A DNA stretch of 64,000 bases, taken from positions 19,324 to 83,323 of the forward strand of contig DJCU01000035.1 in NCBI GenBank assembly GCA_002430725.1. The letters are read 5' to 3'. The notes under the pieces were generated by a model that was not told the origin of the DNA, did no database searches, and was given only the letters and a program-made list of their open reading frames with translations. Below are positions 18,326-26,726 of this stretch, piece by piece (positions within the stretch are counted from its first letter, which is position 1; every line of letters begins with the position of its first letter). This stretch comes from Candidatus Gottesmanbacteria bacterium UBA5942. Lineage in GTDB: Bacteria > Patescibacteriota > Microgenomatia > UBA10105 > UBA927. Both the position numbers and the translations under genes were made by a program.

Positions 18326-18952
18326 ATGAAACCTATTCCTCCCTTTGTGGCAAACAGCCCAGATGATACCCACTGTGTGAACGCAGTTTTCCGAATGGTG
18401 CTTATGCACTTTGGAAAACAGGATATGACCTGGGAAGAAATAGATGCAAAAACAAAATCTATCCCCGGTCGCGGGACATGGACGATAGGTGGTGATATTG
18501 TACTCGCGAAACGGGGGATAAAGGTTACCAACATCGAACCCGTAGACTACGATGCACTCTATAAAGAGGGAGTATCATATTTACAACAAGTGTTTGGCGC
18601 TGATACTTCCAAGTACTATCTTGAACGCTCAAATATTGCGGCAGTGATACCAGACATCCCTGAATTTTTACGTCTCGTTCCCCACGAAACCCGCAGGGCA
18701 GAGACTAAGGAAATTATTACGTTTCTCCAAAATGATAATCTTGTCGGCGTGACACTTAATTCAGGTATATTAAATAATAAATCGGGGTTTATGCTTCATT
18801 ATGTACTGTTATACGACTTTGACGGCACTCACTTTTCTCTCCATGACCCTGGTTTACCACCGCAACCGTCACGGAGTATAAGCTTGGAAACATTTGAAAA
18901 AAGTTTTGTCTATCACGGAGGCAACGGGGGTATAGAGATATTCGGACAATAA
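18326..18952 (+). CDS. papain-like cysteine peptidase, C39-like (Peptidase_C39_2/BtrH-like) domain protein
   Basis: Cys in THCVNAVFRMVL (the nucleophile context) and a later His/Asp in HYVLLYDFDG. No signal peptide. Confidence 0.45.
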   Translation: MKPIPPFVANSPDDTHCVNAVFRMVLMHFGKQDMTWEEIDAKTKSIPGRGTWTIGGDIVLAKRGIKVTNIEPVDYDALYKEGVSYLQQVFGADTSKYYLERSNIAAVIPDIPEFLRLVPHETRRAETKEIITFLQNDNLVGVTLNSGILNNKSGFMLHYVLLYDFDGTHFSLHDPGLPPQPSRSISLETFEKSFVYHGGNGGIEIFGQ

Positions 18953-18961
18953 AAAAACCTA

Positions 18962-19777
18962 CTACGGGAGTGCCAACATACTTTTTTTCTTCACCAGCAA
19001 TCCGTCTTTCTTGAGTCCGTCTATAATCCGGTGAAAAAATACAGGAGTTTTACCGTACTCCCGCACAAAATCAGCGACTAACTGCGTTTCTTTCGCGTTA
19101 TTTACCCGAAGCACATCGATGATCCGTCCCCGATAATATCGATCCGAATCTTTAAAGGGCGCCTGCTTTTTGACGACATGCATCGCTTTTTTCTCTTTCG
19201 CCATTGCAAGTGCCCCAAAATCCATAAGTGCTTGATGCCATTCCCATGCTCGCCCTGCTGGCACTAACCTATCTGCTGTCATAAGTATTGTTTTTTCCTT
19301 CTGTGGCAACCCATCGAACAAATAATGAGTAATTATCTGACGTATATTGGTGTCCACCATCGCGACATTTTTTTCAAAAGCGAATACCATAATTGCTCGA
19401 GCAGTATATAACCCCAATCCTGGTAGTTTAATAAGCTCTGACTCGCTATCTGGAATTATTCCCCGATAATCAGCCACAATAACTTTTGCGGCTTTTTGAA
19501 AGTAAAGTGCCCGCCTGTTATATCCTAACCCGCGCCATAACGTAAGCACCTGGGCGGGTTGCGCATTGGCCAGACTATATACATCGGGGAGTGCCGCCAG
19601 AAACTCCGCATACTTAGGTATCACTCTTTTGACCTGCGTCTGTTGCAGCATAATTTCAGAAATAAGTATGTGATAAGGGTTTTTCGTATGACGCCATGGC
19701 AAATCCCTCCGGTTATCTTTCCACCAAGAAAAAATCATATCCTGAAATTGCGTCACAGTGGACTGAGTAAGCGTCAT
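18962..19777 (-). CDS. MutY-family HhH-GPD DNA glycosylase (short form, no Fe-S loop, no NUDIX-like domain)
   Basis: DLPWRHTKNPYHILISEIMLQQTQVKRVIPKY...LPGLGLYTARAIM aligns to the MutY N-terminal domain. There is no Cys-X6-C-X2-C-X5-C motif and only about 60 aa follow the HhH-GPD region. Confidence 0.65.
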   Translation of the reverse strand: MTLTQSTVTQFQDMIFSWWKDNRRDLPWRHTKNPYHILISEIMLQQTQVKRVIPKYAEFLAALPDVYSLANAQPAQVLTLWRGLGYNRRALYFQKAAKVIVADYRGIIPDSESELIKLPGLGLYTARAIMVFAFEKNVAMVDTNIRQIITHYLFDGLPQKEKTILMTADRLVPAGRAWEWHQALMDFGALAMAKEKKAMHVVKKQAPFKDSDRYYRGRIIDVLRVNNAKETQLVADFVREYGKTPVFFHRIIDGLKKDGLLVKKKSMLALP

Positions 19778-19794
19778 TGTGGCAATTTTACCAC

Positions 19795-19822
19795 ACCAAA
19801 AACCCCGCCTAATGGCGGGGCT
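19795..19822 (-). terminator. intrinsic terminator after the secreted-protein gene
   Basis: The minus strand reads CCCCGCC-AUUA-GGCGGGG followed by UUUUUGG. Confidence 0.65.
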
Positions 19823-19849
19823 AATGGTAAAACTATCTTATCGTTAAAT

Positions 19850-20596
19850 TTATGGAGTAGGAGTGACAGTTGCACTCACTTCTACCTGGACAGGCAAACT
19901 AAAGTCTTTGACTTGTGTCACCTCGGTCACCGTATTCAATGTTTTATCCCAAAGTCCTCGGACGCGAACTTTATGCCCTACGACCACATCAGCTTTGGTG
20001 ATGGTATCTCCGTTGCGGTTTTCAAATTTCGTGTCTGCGGAAACAGTCACCGTTTGATCTGCGCGATCACCGCTTTTTGTGCTCATTACCCAACCGTTCG
20101 CAACAAGCGACTTCACATCCCCGAAAAACACACCGAATCGCTTCTGTATCGAAATATTTCGTACCAGCGTTGCTTTTATGGCAGTGTGAGTATCATCTGT
20201 CCACAACCCAATAACATTTACTGTGTTTCCGACACTAAACTCGGAAAGATCGGATTTCCCCCAAAATCTTCGGCGGAATTGTGTTTTACTATCAAGATTG
20301 ACGGTGTAGCTCTTACCGTCTTTTTCAACGGTGAGCGTAGTGTCTGACTTGGCAGTAATAGTACCGCTCCCTATAGCCGCTCTCCCTACGCCAAGGAAGT
20401 TTTTTAATTTATCTGTTCGAGAGTCAAATCCTTCTCGAAATTTTTCTAAAATATTCTTTTTCGCTTCTATTCTCATCCCTCGCACGTCCCCTCGATCATC
20501 TCCCCTGTTATTACCGGCAAGCACCGTATTCACCGGCAAACCCAAAACCAATATAAATGCGAACGCAACGACTGCAATTTTATGAGTTGTATTCAT
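19850..20596 (-). CDS. secreted repeat protein (DUF5666-like)
   Basis: Signal peptide MNTTHKIAVVAFAFILVLGLPVNTVLA. Two repeats of T.T..DTKF..R.G..I....V..G..V.V.G pattern. Last gene of the ECF sigma operon. Family name given from memory. Confidence 0.45.
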   Translation of the reverse strand: MNTTHKIAVVAFAFILVLGLPVNTVLAGNNRGDDRGDVRGMRIEAKKNILEKFREGFDSRTDKLKNFLGVGRAAIGSGTITAKSDTTLTVEKDGKSYTVNLDSKTQFRRRFWGKSDLSEFSVGNTVNVIGLWTDDTHTAIKATLVRNISIQKRFGVFFGDVKSLVANGWVMSTKSGDRADQTVTVSADTKFENRNGDTITKADVVVGHKVRVRGLWDKTLNTVTEVTQVKDFSLPVQVEVSATVTPTP

Positions 20597-20673
20597 AGCA
20601 CAATATTCCTTTCTCTATGTAGTACGAAACAAAAAGCTAAAAAGTTTCATCCTTCGACAAGCTCAGGACTTCA

Positions 20674-21141
20674 CTATGGAGTGTAGGTGATGGTAAGCTC
20701 TTTTTCAGAAAAATTTCCATCAGCATCGTTTGCGACTACCAATATATAGTTCTCTCCTTCATCGAGTGTAAGAGTCACAGAGAAACTACCACTATCATCA
20801 GCTCGCGTCTCTGCATCGTTCACAAACACTTCGGCTTTTGGTATCGTTTTTCCCCGAACAACCAATGACTTGCTCGTAACGGTAATGTTGTTTGTCGGGG
20901 AACTAATAGCAAGGGAAATAGCACTAGAAGTAACAACCTCTGTCTTTTTCTCTGTCGGTATTGGTGTAATGCTTATATTTTCTACTGGCTCTTGGGTTTC
21001 GGTGGGTACGGCATTATTCCCAGATGAGCTCAGTGGCGTCACTTGACTCATCGAGTATTGACGGACAAAAAATCCTGCAGCAATTATGACAAGGATGCCA
21101 ATGACAATGGGTAAGTAGTTTTTCATGCTTCCCCCTTTCAT
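20674..21141 (-). CDS. membrane-anchored protein with bacterial Ig-like (Big) domain
   Basis: N-terminal TM segment. The C-terminal LVVRGKTIPKAEVFVNDAE...FSVTLTLDEGENYILVVANDADGN resembles Big/invasin-type beta-sandwich domains. Confidence 0.45.
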   Translation of the reverse strand: MKGGSMKNYLPIVIGILVIIAAGFFVRQYSMSQVTPLSSSGNNAVPTETQEPVENISITPIPTEKKTEVVTSSAISLAISSPTNNITVTSKSLVVRGKTIPKAEVFVNDAETRADDSGSFSVTLTLDEGENYILVVANDADGNFSEKELTITYTP

Positions 21142-21144
21142 AGT

Positions 21145-21540
21145 TCACTTATTGTTGCTTGTTTTTTTACGTTTTGCAAGTTCTACAAGTCGCCGTTGCA
21201 CTATTTTTCTCCTTCTTCGGGTTATCGCCCAGATAACCACCAAAAGCATACTCAACATAAGTCCCACAAGCATTGTCTGCTGCGGAAGCTCCACAATAAT
21301 AACTGCTGCTGTATCACGCCAAAACTCAGTAATTATTTCTTTATCCTCATAAAAAATTTCCAGAAGATCGAGGGTATGCTGCTTATTAAGCACATCGTAT
21401 GTCCGCAGGAAAGATACACCAATAAGCGCCACGAGACTTAATACAATACTAATAAATATCGCTAGCCATCTCCGAGATCGACTCTCTTCGAAGCGCGTCA
21501 CTTTTTCCATCACGACCTTCGTAACATTTGTTTGTTTCAT
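21145..21540 (-). CDS. putative anti-sigma factor (2-TM membrane protein)
   Basis: Sits directly downstream of the ECF sigma factor with a 4-nt overlap. Two TM helices. No detectable family. Confidence 0.4.
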   Translation of the reverse strand: MKQTNVTKVVMEKVTRFEESRSRRWLAIFISIVLSLVALIGVSFLRTYDVLNKQHTLDLLEIFYEDKEIITEFWRDTAAVIIVELPQQTMLVGLMLSMLLVVIWAITRRRRKIVQRRLVELAKRKKTSNNK

Positions 21541-22064
21541 AGTAATACGCGGCGAAGCGCTTCTTTGGCGCGCTTCAAATGAGTGCGTACGGTATTAACC
21601 GGTACACCAAGACGACTCGCTATCTCTTCATATGATAAATCATCGAAATAATAAAGCATAATCACTTGTTTATATTTATGATCAATAACATCAAGTGCTT
21701 CTTGTATGCGTCTATTTTCATCTTTTTTCTCCAATCGTAATTCCGGATTATCGTGTCCCGAAACCTTCTCTGCTGCTTCAAGCGGGGCGTGTATCTTTCT
21801 ACTTCGTAAATACGAAATAGCGAAGTTTCGTGTAATAGAAAATAAATATGCCGAAAGCTTCTTTTCCGTATCGATGCGATCAATCGTTTTATAGAGGCTA
21901 ATAAATGTCTCCTGAACCACATCTTGTGCTGCAGCAGCATCCCTAATGATATAACTCACAAATGAGTGAAGCTTCTTTTCGTAACGGATAACCAACTCCT
22001 CGAACGCGGAGATATTGCCTTCTTTCACCTCGCGCACAAGTGTTTCGTCATGTGTTTTCTGCAT
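21537..22064 (-). CDS. ECF-type sigma-70 family RNA polymerase sigma factor
   Basis: Region 2 FSITRNFAISYLR and region 4 LSYEEIASRLGVPVNTVRTHLKRA. Confidence 0.85.
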   Translation of the reverse strand: MQKTHDETLVREVKEGNISAFEELVIRYEKKLHSFVSYIIRDAAAAQDVVQETFISLYKTIDRIDTEKKLSAYLFSITRNFAISYLRSRKIHAPLEAAEKVSGHDNPELRLEKKDENRRIQEALDVIDHKYKQVIMLYYFDDLSYEEIASRLGVPVNTVRTHLKRAKEALRRVLL

Positions 22065-22094
22065 GGTTACGGGTAATTATAGTACAATACGTAC

Positions 22095-22955
22095 ATGAAA
22101 GCCGGTGTCGTTGCCCTCGTAGGGCGCCCCAATGTAGGAAAATCTACCCTTCTTAACACCATTCTGGGACAGAAGGTCTCTATCACGTCTCCTAAACCAC
22201 AAACCACTCGTTTTCCTATACAGGCTGTGTTTGAAGACGAGCGTGGTCAAATAGTATTCATGGACACACCTGGTATATTTTCAAAGGTCATCGATCAAGT
22301 ATCCGCACGCATCAACCTGAGAACGGAAGAAACCATCGAAAAGGGAGTTGATGTGGTCGTATATATGGTAGATCACACCAGAGAACGGGCAGATGAGGAA
22401 AATCGCGTACTTGGTATAGTTCGCAAACTAAAAATTCCCAAAATTCTCGTCATAAACAAGGTGGATGTGCAAAGTCCAACGCACATGGTGCAATATCGTT
22501 TTATGGAAGATGAATTTGATCAGGTAATAGAAGTATCTGCGCTCGAAAATAAACATATCCCCTTACTCTTAAACGCGATCTTTGAATACTTACCTGAAGG
22601 CCAACCATTTATCGATACCTCTACCCTACCGCAACCAGGATTAAACCTAGACAGTAAAACATTTATTGCTGAAATTATCCGCGAGAAAGCATTTCTTAAC
22701 CTAAGACGTGAAGTGCCCTATGCGATAGCCGCATTTGTCGATGATATAGAAGAACGGGACAATGGCGTCACCTACATAAAGGCGCGACTACTTACGTCCG
22801 CTGATCGTTACAAAGGCATGATTATCGGAGCAAACGGATCTATGATAAAAGAAATAAGCATGGCCGCCCGAAAAGAACTCGAAGTTGCAGCTAACAAAAA
22901 AGTATATTTGGAACTCACCGTAGAGACTGATCCGCATTGGATAGACTACGTGTAA
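22095..22955 (+). CDS. era: GTPase Era
   Basis: G1 motif GRPNVGKST, G3 motif DTPG, and a C-terminal KH domain. 286 aa. Confidence 0.9.
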   Translation: MKAGVVALVGRPNVGKSTLLNTILGQKVSITSPKPQTTRFPIQAVFEDERGQIVFMDTPGIFSKVIDQVSARINLRTEETIEKGVDVVVYMVDHTRERADEENRVLGIVRKLKIPKILVINKVDVQSPTHMVQYRFMEDEFDQVIEVSALENKHIPLLLNAIFEYLPEGQPFIDTSTLPQPGLNLDSKTFIAEIIREKAFLNLRREVPYAIAAFVDDIEERDNGVTYIKARLLTSADRYKGMIIGANGSMIKEISMAARKELEVAANKKVYLELTVETDPHWIDYV

Positions 22956-22961
22956 TCCGAA

Positions 22962-23080
22962 TCGCTGTCCTCTTTGGGACAAAACCTACGGTTTTTTCCC
23001 AACGATTTTCCCTTCAAAGGAAGGATGATAGACAAGGCTTGCTCAAAACCGCTGACCTCTTTGGGACAAAACCTACGGAA
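22962..23080. repeat. pair of 29-nt direct repeats CGCTG(T/A)CCTCTTTGGGACAAAACCTACGG (22962..22990 and 23052..23080)
   Basis: Seen directly in the convergent era/gltX intergenic region. Followed by hairpins GAGAGAAAAC-taaa-GTTTTCTCTC and CCGGC-ata-GCCGG. Confidence 0.5.
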
Positions 23081-23193
23081 CTAATACTCGAGAGAAAACT
23101 AAAGTTTTCTCTCGACGCACTGATCCGGCATAGCCGGATGAAACCCAGCGCTACTCTCTTTCTAAAAGGGAAATTTTCTACGATAAGAAGTGC

Positions 23194-24582
23194 CTACTCC
23201 AACCTAGATAGTGTTTCTTCTTTTCCTAGTATTTCCAAGGCCTCCAGAAGTGGCGGGCCAACAGTTTTGCCAGTTACCATCAGTCGAAGCTCCATAAATA
23301 CATCTCGCGCTTTTAGTCCGGCAGCATCTGTGGCTGCTCGTATTGATTGCTCCATTGCCCCATGTGTCCAATCTCCGATATTAAGAGCAGAGCGCAATAC
23401 TTCTTTATATTTGGCATTCACGTCACGTTCAAACTCGTCAGGTTTACCAAAAAAGAATGACGCAAGTGACCAGTAGTCACTCAGTACATGCATCCGCTCC
23501 TTTACGAGCGGCATAGTTTTCAGAAGTAGTGCTTTATCCAATTGCTTCACCCTATCGTCAAAATCAACGATGCGCGCAAGCAAATCTTCATCCTTCATAG
23601 CTCTGATATATTGTCCATTTACCCAATCAAGTTTTTTCAGATCAAAACGGGGCGCCTGTGCAGTGATCGAGGTTACTTCAAACTGCGCGATAAATTCTTC
23701 TCTGTCATAAATCTCTTTCCCTTCAGGATGGTTCCAAACAATATTCGATAAATAGTTTAGTACCGCCTCTGGCAAATACCCAGCCTTGCGATAATAATCG
23801 ACAGACGCGTGCCCATGACGCTTTGATAATTTCCCTTTCCCGTCCTCGTTAAGAATAAGTGGTAAATGACCATGTATTGGCATTTGCCAACCGAAATACT
23901 TGTATAAAAGCACATGCTTTGGTGTCGAAGAAATCCATTCTTTCCCTCGAAATACATGAGTAATTTCCATCAGGTGGTCATCGACAACCACACCGAAATG
24001 ATAGGTAGGATACCCATCTGATTTCATAATGACCTGGTGATCAATAACATCACTATCAAACTCAATATGCCCGGAAATAATGTCATCAAACGAAATTTTT
24101 TCGTGTTCAGGTATTTTCATACGAACGACATGCGGCTCATGTGCCGCTAATTTTGCCGCAACTTCCTGAGCGCTAAGTGTCATACATGTTTTGTCATACA
24201 TTGGCGGCAGATGTTTCGCTTCCTGATCTTTTCGCATAGCCTCCAGTCGTTCACGAGTACAAAAACAATAATAAGCATGTCCTTTATCGATAAGCTCTTC
24301 TGCATATTTTTTATATATAGGAAGTCGCTCAGATTGTCTGTAAGGTGCAAACGGACCACCCAACTTCGGACTTTCATCCGGTTCTAAATCAAACCATGCA
24401 AGAGAAGCATATATAACATCCTCCGCTCCTTCCACAAACCTCGCCCTATCGGTGTCCTCTAAGCGAAGAATAAACTTGCCCCCCGTTTTACGCGCGTAAG
24501 CATAATCGATAAGCACCTGGTAAATTGTCCCAATATGCGGAAAGCCCGTTGGAGAGGGCGCAATTCGTGTACGGATTGTCAT
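23194..24582 (-). CDS. gltX: glutamyl-tRNA synthetase
   Basis: HIGH motif PSPTGFPHIG and KMSKS variant KLSKR. 462 aa. Confidence 0.9.
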   Translation of the reverse strand: MTIRTRIAPSPTGFPHIGTIYQVLIDYAYARKTGGKFILRLEDTDRARFVEGAEDVIYASLAWFDLEPDESPKLGGPFAPYRQSERLPIYKKYAEELIDKGHAYYCFCTRERLEAMRKDQEAKHLPPMYDKTCMTLSAQEVAAKLAAHEPHVVRMKIPEHEKISFDDIISGHIEFDSDVIDHQVIMKSDGYPTYHFGVVVDDHLMEITHVFRGKEWISSTPKHVLLYKYFGWQMPIHGHLPLILNEDGKGKLSKRHGHASVDYYRKAGYLPEAVLNYLSNIVWNHPEGKEIYDREEFIAQFEVTSITAQAPRFDLKKLDWVNGQYIRAMKDEDLLARIVDFDDRVKQLDKALLLKTMPLVKERMHVLSDYWSLASFFFGKPDEFERDVNAKYKEVLRSALNIGDWTHGAMEQSIRAATDAAGLKARDVFMELRLMVTGKTVGPPLLEALEILGKEETLSRLE

Positions 24583-24653
24583 ACGATTGATTCTATCAAG
24601 TCATATCCATATACTCAATGTAGGGTACTCTTTCCTGTGGTACTATACTGCCT

Positions 24654-25727
24654 ATGAGCAACTCGTTAACAGAAACCGCTTACTACACCCGTAGAGCAAT
24701 TAATTGGTCTATATTGGGGGTTATTGGCTATATTTTGCTTCGTATATTCTGGGGACTGTTTGTCGCCGCTTATCTTGCAATATTTCCTCCACAAGCACCC
24801 CCGCCAAATCATGCATTCGGCTCACTTCCTCCACTCACATTTCCGCAGCAACAGGCGTCACCTGCAGGGCAGCTCATTTATCAGTTACAAACTATCGAAG
24901 GATCAGTGCCGGCTGCATCGCCTTCAGCCAATGTATATTTTATGCCTAAAAAAGGATCAAATCTTTTAGCTCTTTCTACCGCCCAAGCATTTGCCAAGCG
25001 GTTAGGCTTTGCTACCACGCCAATACCGGAGCCTTCCAACAAAAATATTTATCGGTTTGACGACCCGGCAAATCAACTCAGACATCTTTGGTATGACATC
25101 GTTTCCACAAATTTCATCGTGCGATATGATTTTCAACAAGATACCGGTTTATTTTTAAACAGTAAAGTTCCCTCAGCTCAAGAAGCGCGGGCAGAAGCAA
25201 GAAACGTGCTTCAAACGTATGGCTTGTATCCAGACGACTTTGCAACAGGAGACGTCCGGGTCGTATTTTATAAAGTCTCGGAAAACAAACTCGTCCCCGT
25301 TCCTAGCCAATCACAGGCAGATGCGGTGAGAGTAGATTTTTATCGACCAAATGTGGCAGGAACAAAGATAGTGACCGGCACGCTATCCGAAGGGCCAATA
25401 TCTATTGTCTTTTCAGGCTCCGGTAATCAAAAAAAGCGTATTTTGCATTTTAGCTACGCATACTGGCCAATCGATTATGAAACCTCAGCAACATACTCAC
25501 TAAAAACGAGCACACAGGCATGGCAAGAACTACAAAGCGGTGGAGGCTTTCTCTTGCAGCTGCCGAAATCACTCCTCGTTACCGTACGGAACGTATATCT
25601 CGCATACTATGATTCAGTGGAACCGCAGACCTACCTACAACCTGTCTTTGTATTTGAAGGAGATGATGGGTTCATCGCGTATGTCCCTGCAATAAACCCA
25701 GAGTACGTAGAGCAAACAACGAATTAA
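24654..25727 (+). CDS. hypothetical membrane-anchored protein
   Basis: N-terminal TM segment, a Pro/Gln-rich linker, then a roughly 300-aa extracytoplasmic domain. No recognisable family. Confidence 0.4.
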   Translation: MSNSLTETAYYTRRAINWSILGVIGYILLRIFWGLFVAAYLAIFPPQAPPPNHAFGSLPPLTFPQQQASPAGQLIYQLQTIEGSVPAASPSANVYFMPKKGSNLLALSTAQAFAKRLGFATTPIPEPSNKNIYRFDDPANQLRHLWYDIVSTNFIVRYDFQQDTGLFLNSKVPSAQEARAEARNVLQTYGLYPDDFATGDVRVVFYKVSENKLVPVPSQSQADAVRVDFYRPNVAGTKIVTGTLSEGPISIVFSGSGNQKKRILHFSYAYWPIDYETSATYSLKTSTQAWQELQSGGGFLLQLPKSLLVTVRNVYLAYYDSVEPQTYLQPVFVFEGDDGFIAYVPAINPEYVEQTTN

Positions 25728-25754
25728 ATATAGTTATATACAACTGCGATCGCT

Positions 25755-26726
25755 CTAATTTGTTTCTTGATTGTAATTTTGCCACTCGTAGTTTGTAAAA
25801 ACCCAATTAATGAGGGCTTCGGTATCTGCGAATCGATTAAGACTCTTAAGCACCACAATAATCACTCTATGATTATCGCGCTCGACGAGCGTCACGAGAT
25901 TTTCCCCAGCTTCTTCTGTCCAACCTGTTTTTATCCCCGCAACTCCTGGAATTTTTCCGAGTAGTGTATTGACGTTTGTCAGCGGATGAAACTGCGTATG
26001 AGTAACATCTGAAATAGTAATTTGTGGTATTGCAACTATTTTTACAATCGTTTTATTGGTCAACGCATACGAAGCAAGCCTCGTAAGATCGATAGCAGTC
26101 ATGATGTGGTTTGGGTCATCAAAACCAACCGGGTTAGTGAAATGAGTATTAGACAAATGAAGGTCTGCAGCTTTTTTATTCATCGCTTCGACAAACTTTT
26201 CCACTCCACCGGGATAATGTTCCGCCAAAGCCCACGCGGCATCGTTACCTGATTGTACAAGGGCACCATAGAGTAAATTTTCGACCGTAATCCTTTCCCC
26301 GGGAATAAGCCCCATCACTGCACCGGTGTTTGCGACCGTCTGGACATGTACCACATCATCAAGTTCATAGTTTTCAAGTGCAACAAGCGCTGTCATAATC
26401 TTGGTCGTTGAAGCAGGAAAAAGAGATACTTCGGTGTTTCTTCCAAAAAGCGTCACGCCACTTGCCACATCGTATACCACCACACCCGCTGCAGATATCT
26501 CAAGTCCTGGATATACCCCTGTAGTATTGGTTGGATATGGAGCTGGTGTTGGTGTCACAAACGGTAACCCTCTGGTAAGCGGCCCTGCAGAAGAAGAAAT
26601 TCTCTCTAGTATCTTTACTCCGGGAGAAAATACAAAAAATAATATAAATACAACAACAAATAGGATTTTATCCCAGTGCCTCAACACCCACATTTTTTTT
26701 ATGCGGTCGATTAATGACTGTGTCAT
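25755..26726 (-). CDS. D-alanyl-D-alanine carboxypeptidase (peptidase S11, PBP5-like)
   Basis: SxxK motif STTKIMT, SGN motif, N-terminal TM anchor. Confidence 0.8.
   Translation of the reverse strand: MTQSLIDRIKKMWVLRHWDKILFVVVFILFFVFSPGVKILERISSSAGPLTRGLPFVTPTPAPYPTNTTGVYPGLEISAAGVVVYDVASGVTLFGRNTEVSLFPASTTKIMTALVALENYELDDVVHVQTVANTGAVMGLIPGERITVENLLYGALVQSGNDAAWALAEHYPGGVEKFVEAMNKKAADLHLSNTHFTNPVGFDDPNHIMTAIDLTRLASYALTNKTIVKIVAIPQITISDVTHTQFHPLTNVNTLLGKIPGVAGIKTGWTEEAGENLVTLVERDNHRVIIVVLKSLNRFADTEALINWVFTNYEWQNYNQETN

Noticed and set aside
19559-20347. 262-aa plus-strand ORF
   Set aside because: It is entirely antisense to the MutY-like and DUF5666-like genes and has no recognisable domain.
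22962-23080. Possible mini-CRISPR from two 29-nt direct repeats
   Set aside because: There are only two copies with a 61-nt spacer, no cas genes, and the flanks are housekeeping.
22937-23476. 179-aa plus-strand ORF spanning the era-gltX intergenic repeats
   Set aside because: It overlaps the era stop and is antisense to the gltX 3' end. Its apparent internal repeats simply reflect the DNA direct repeats.
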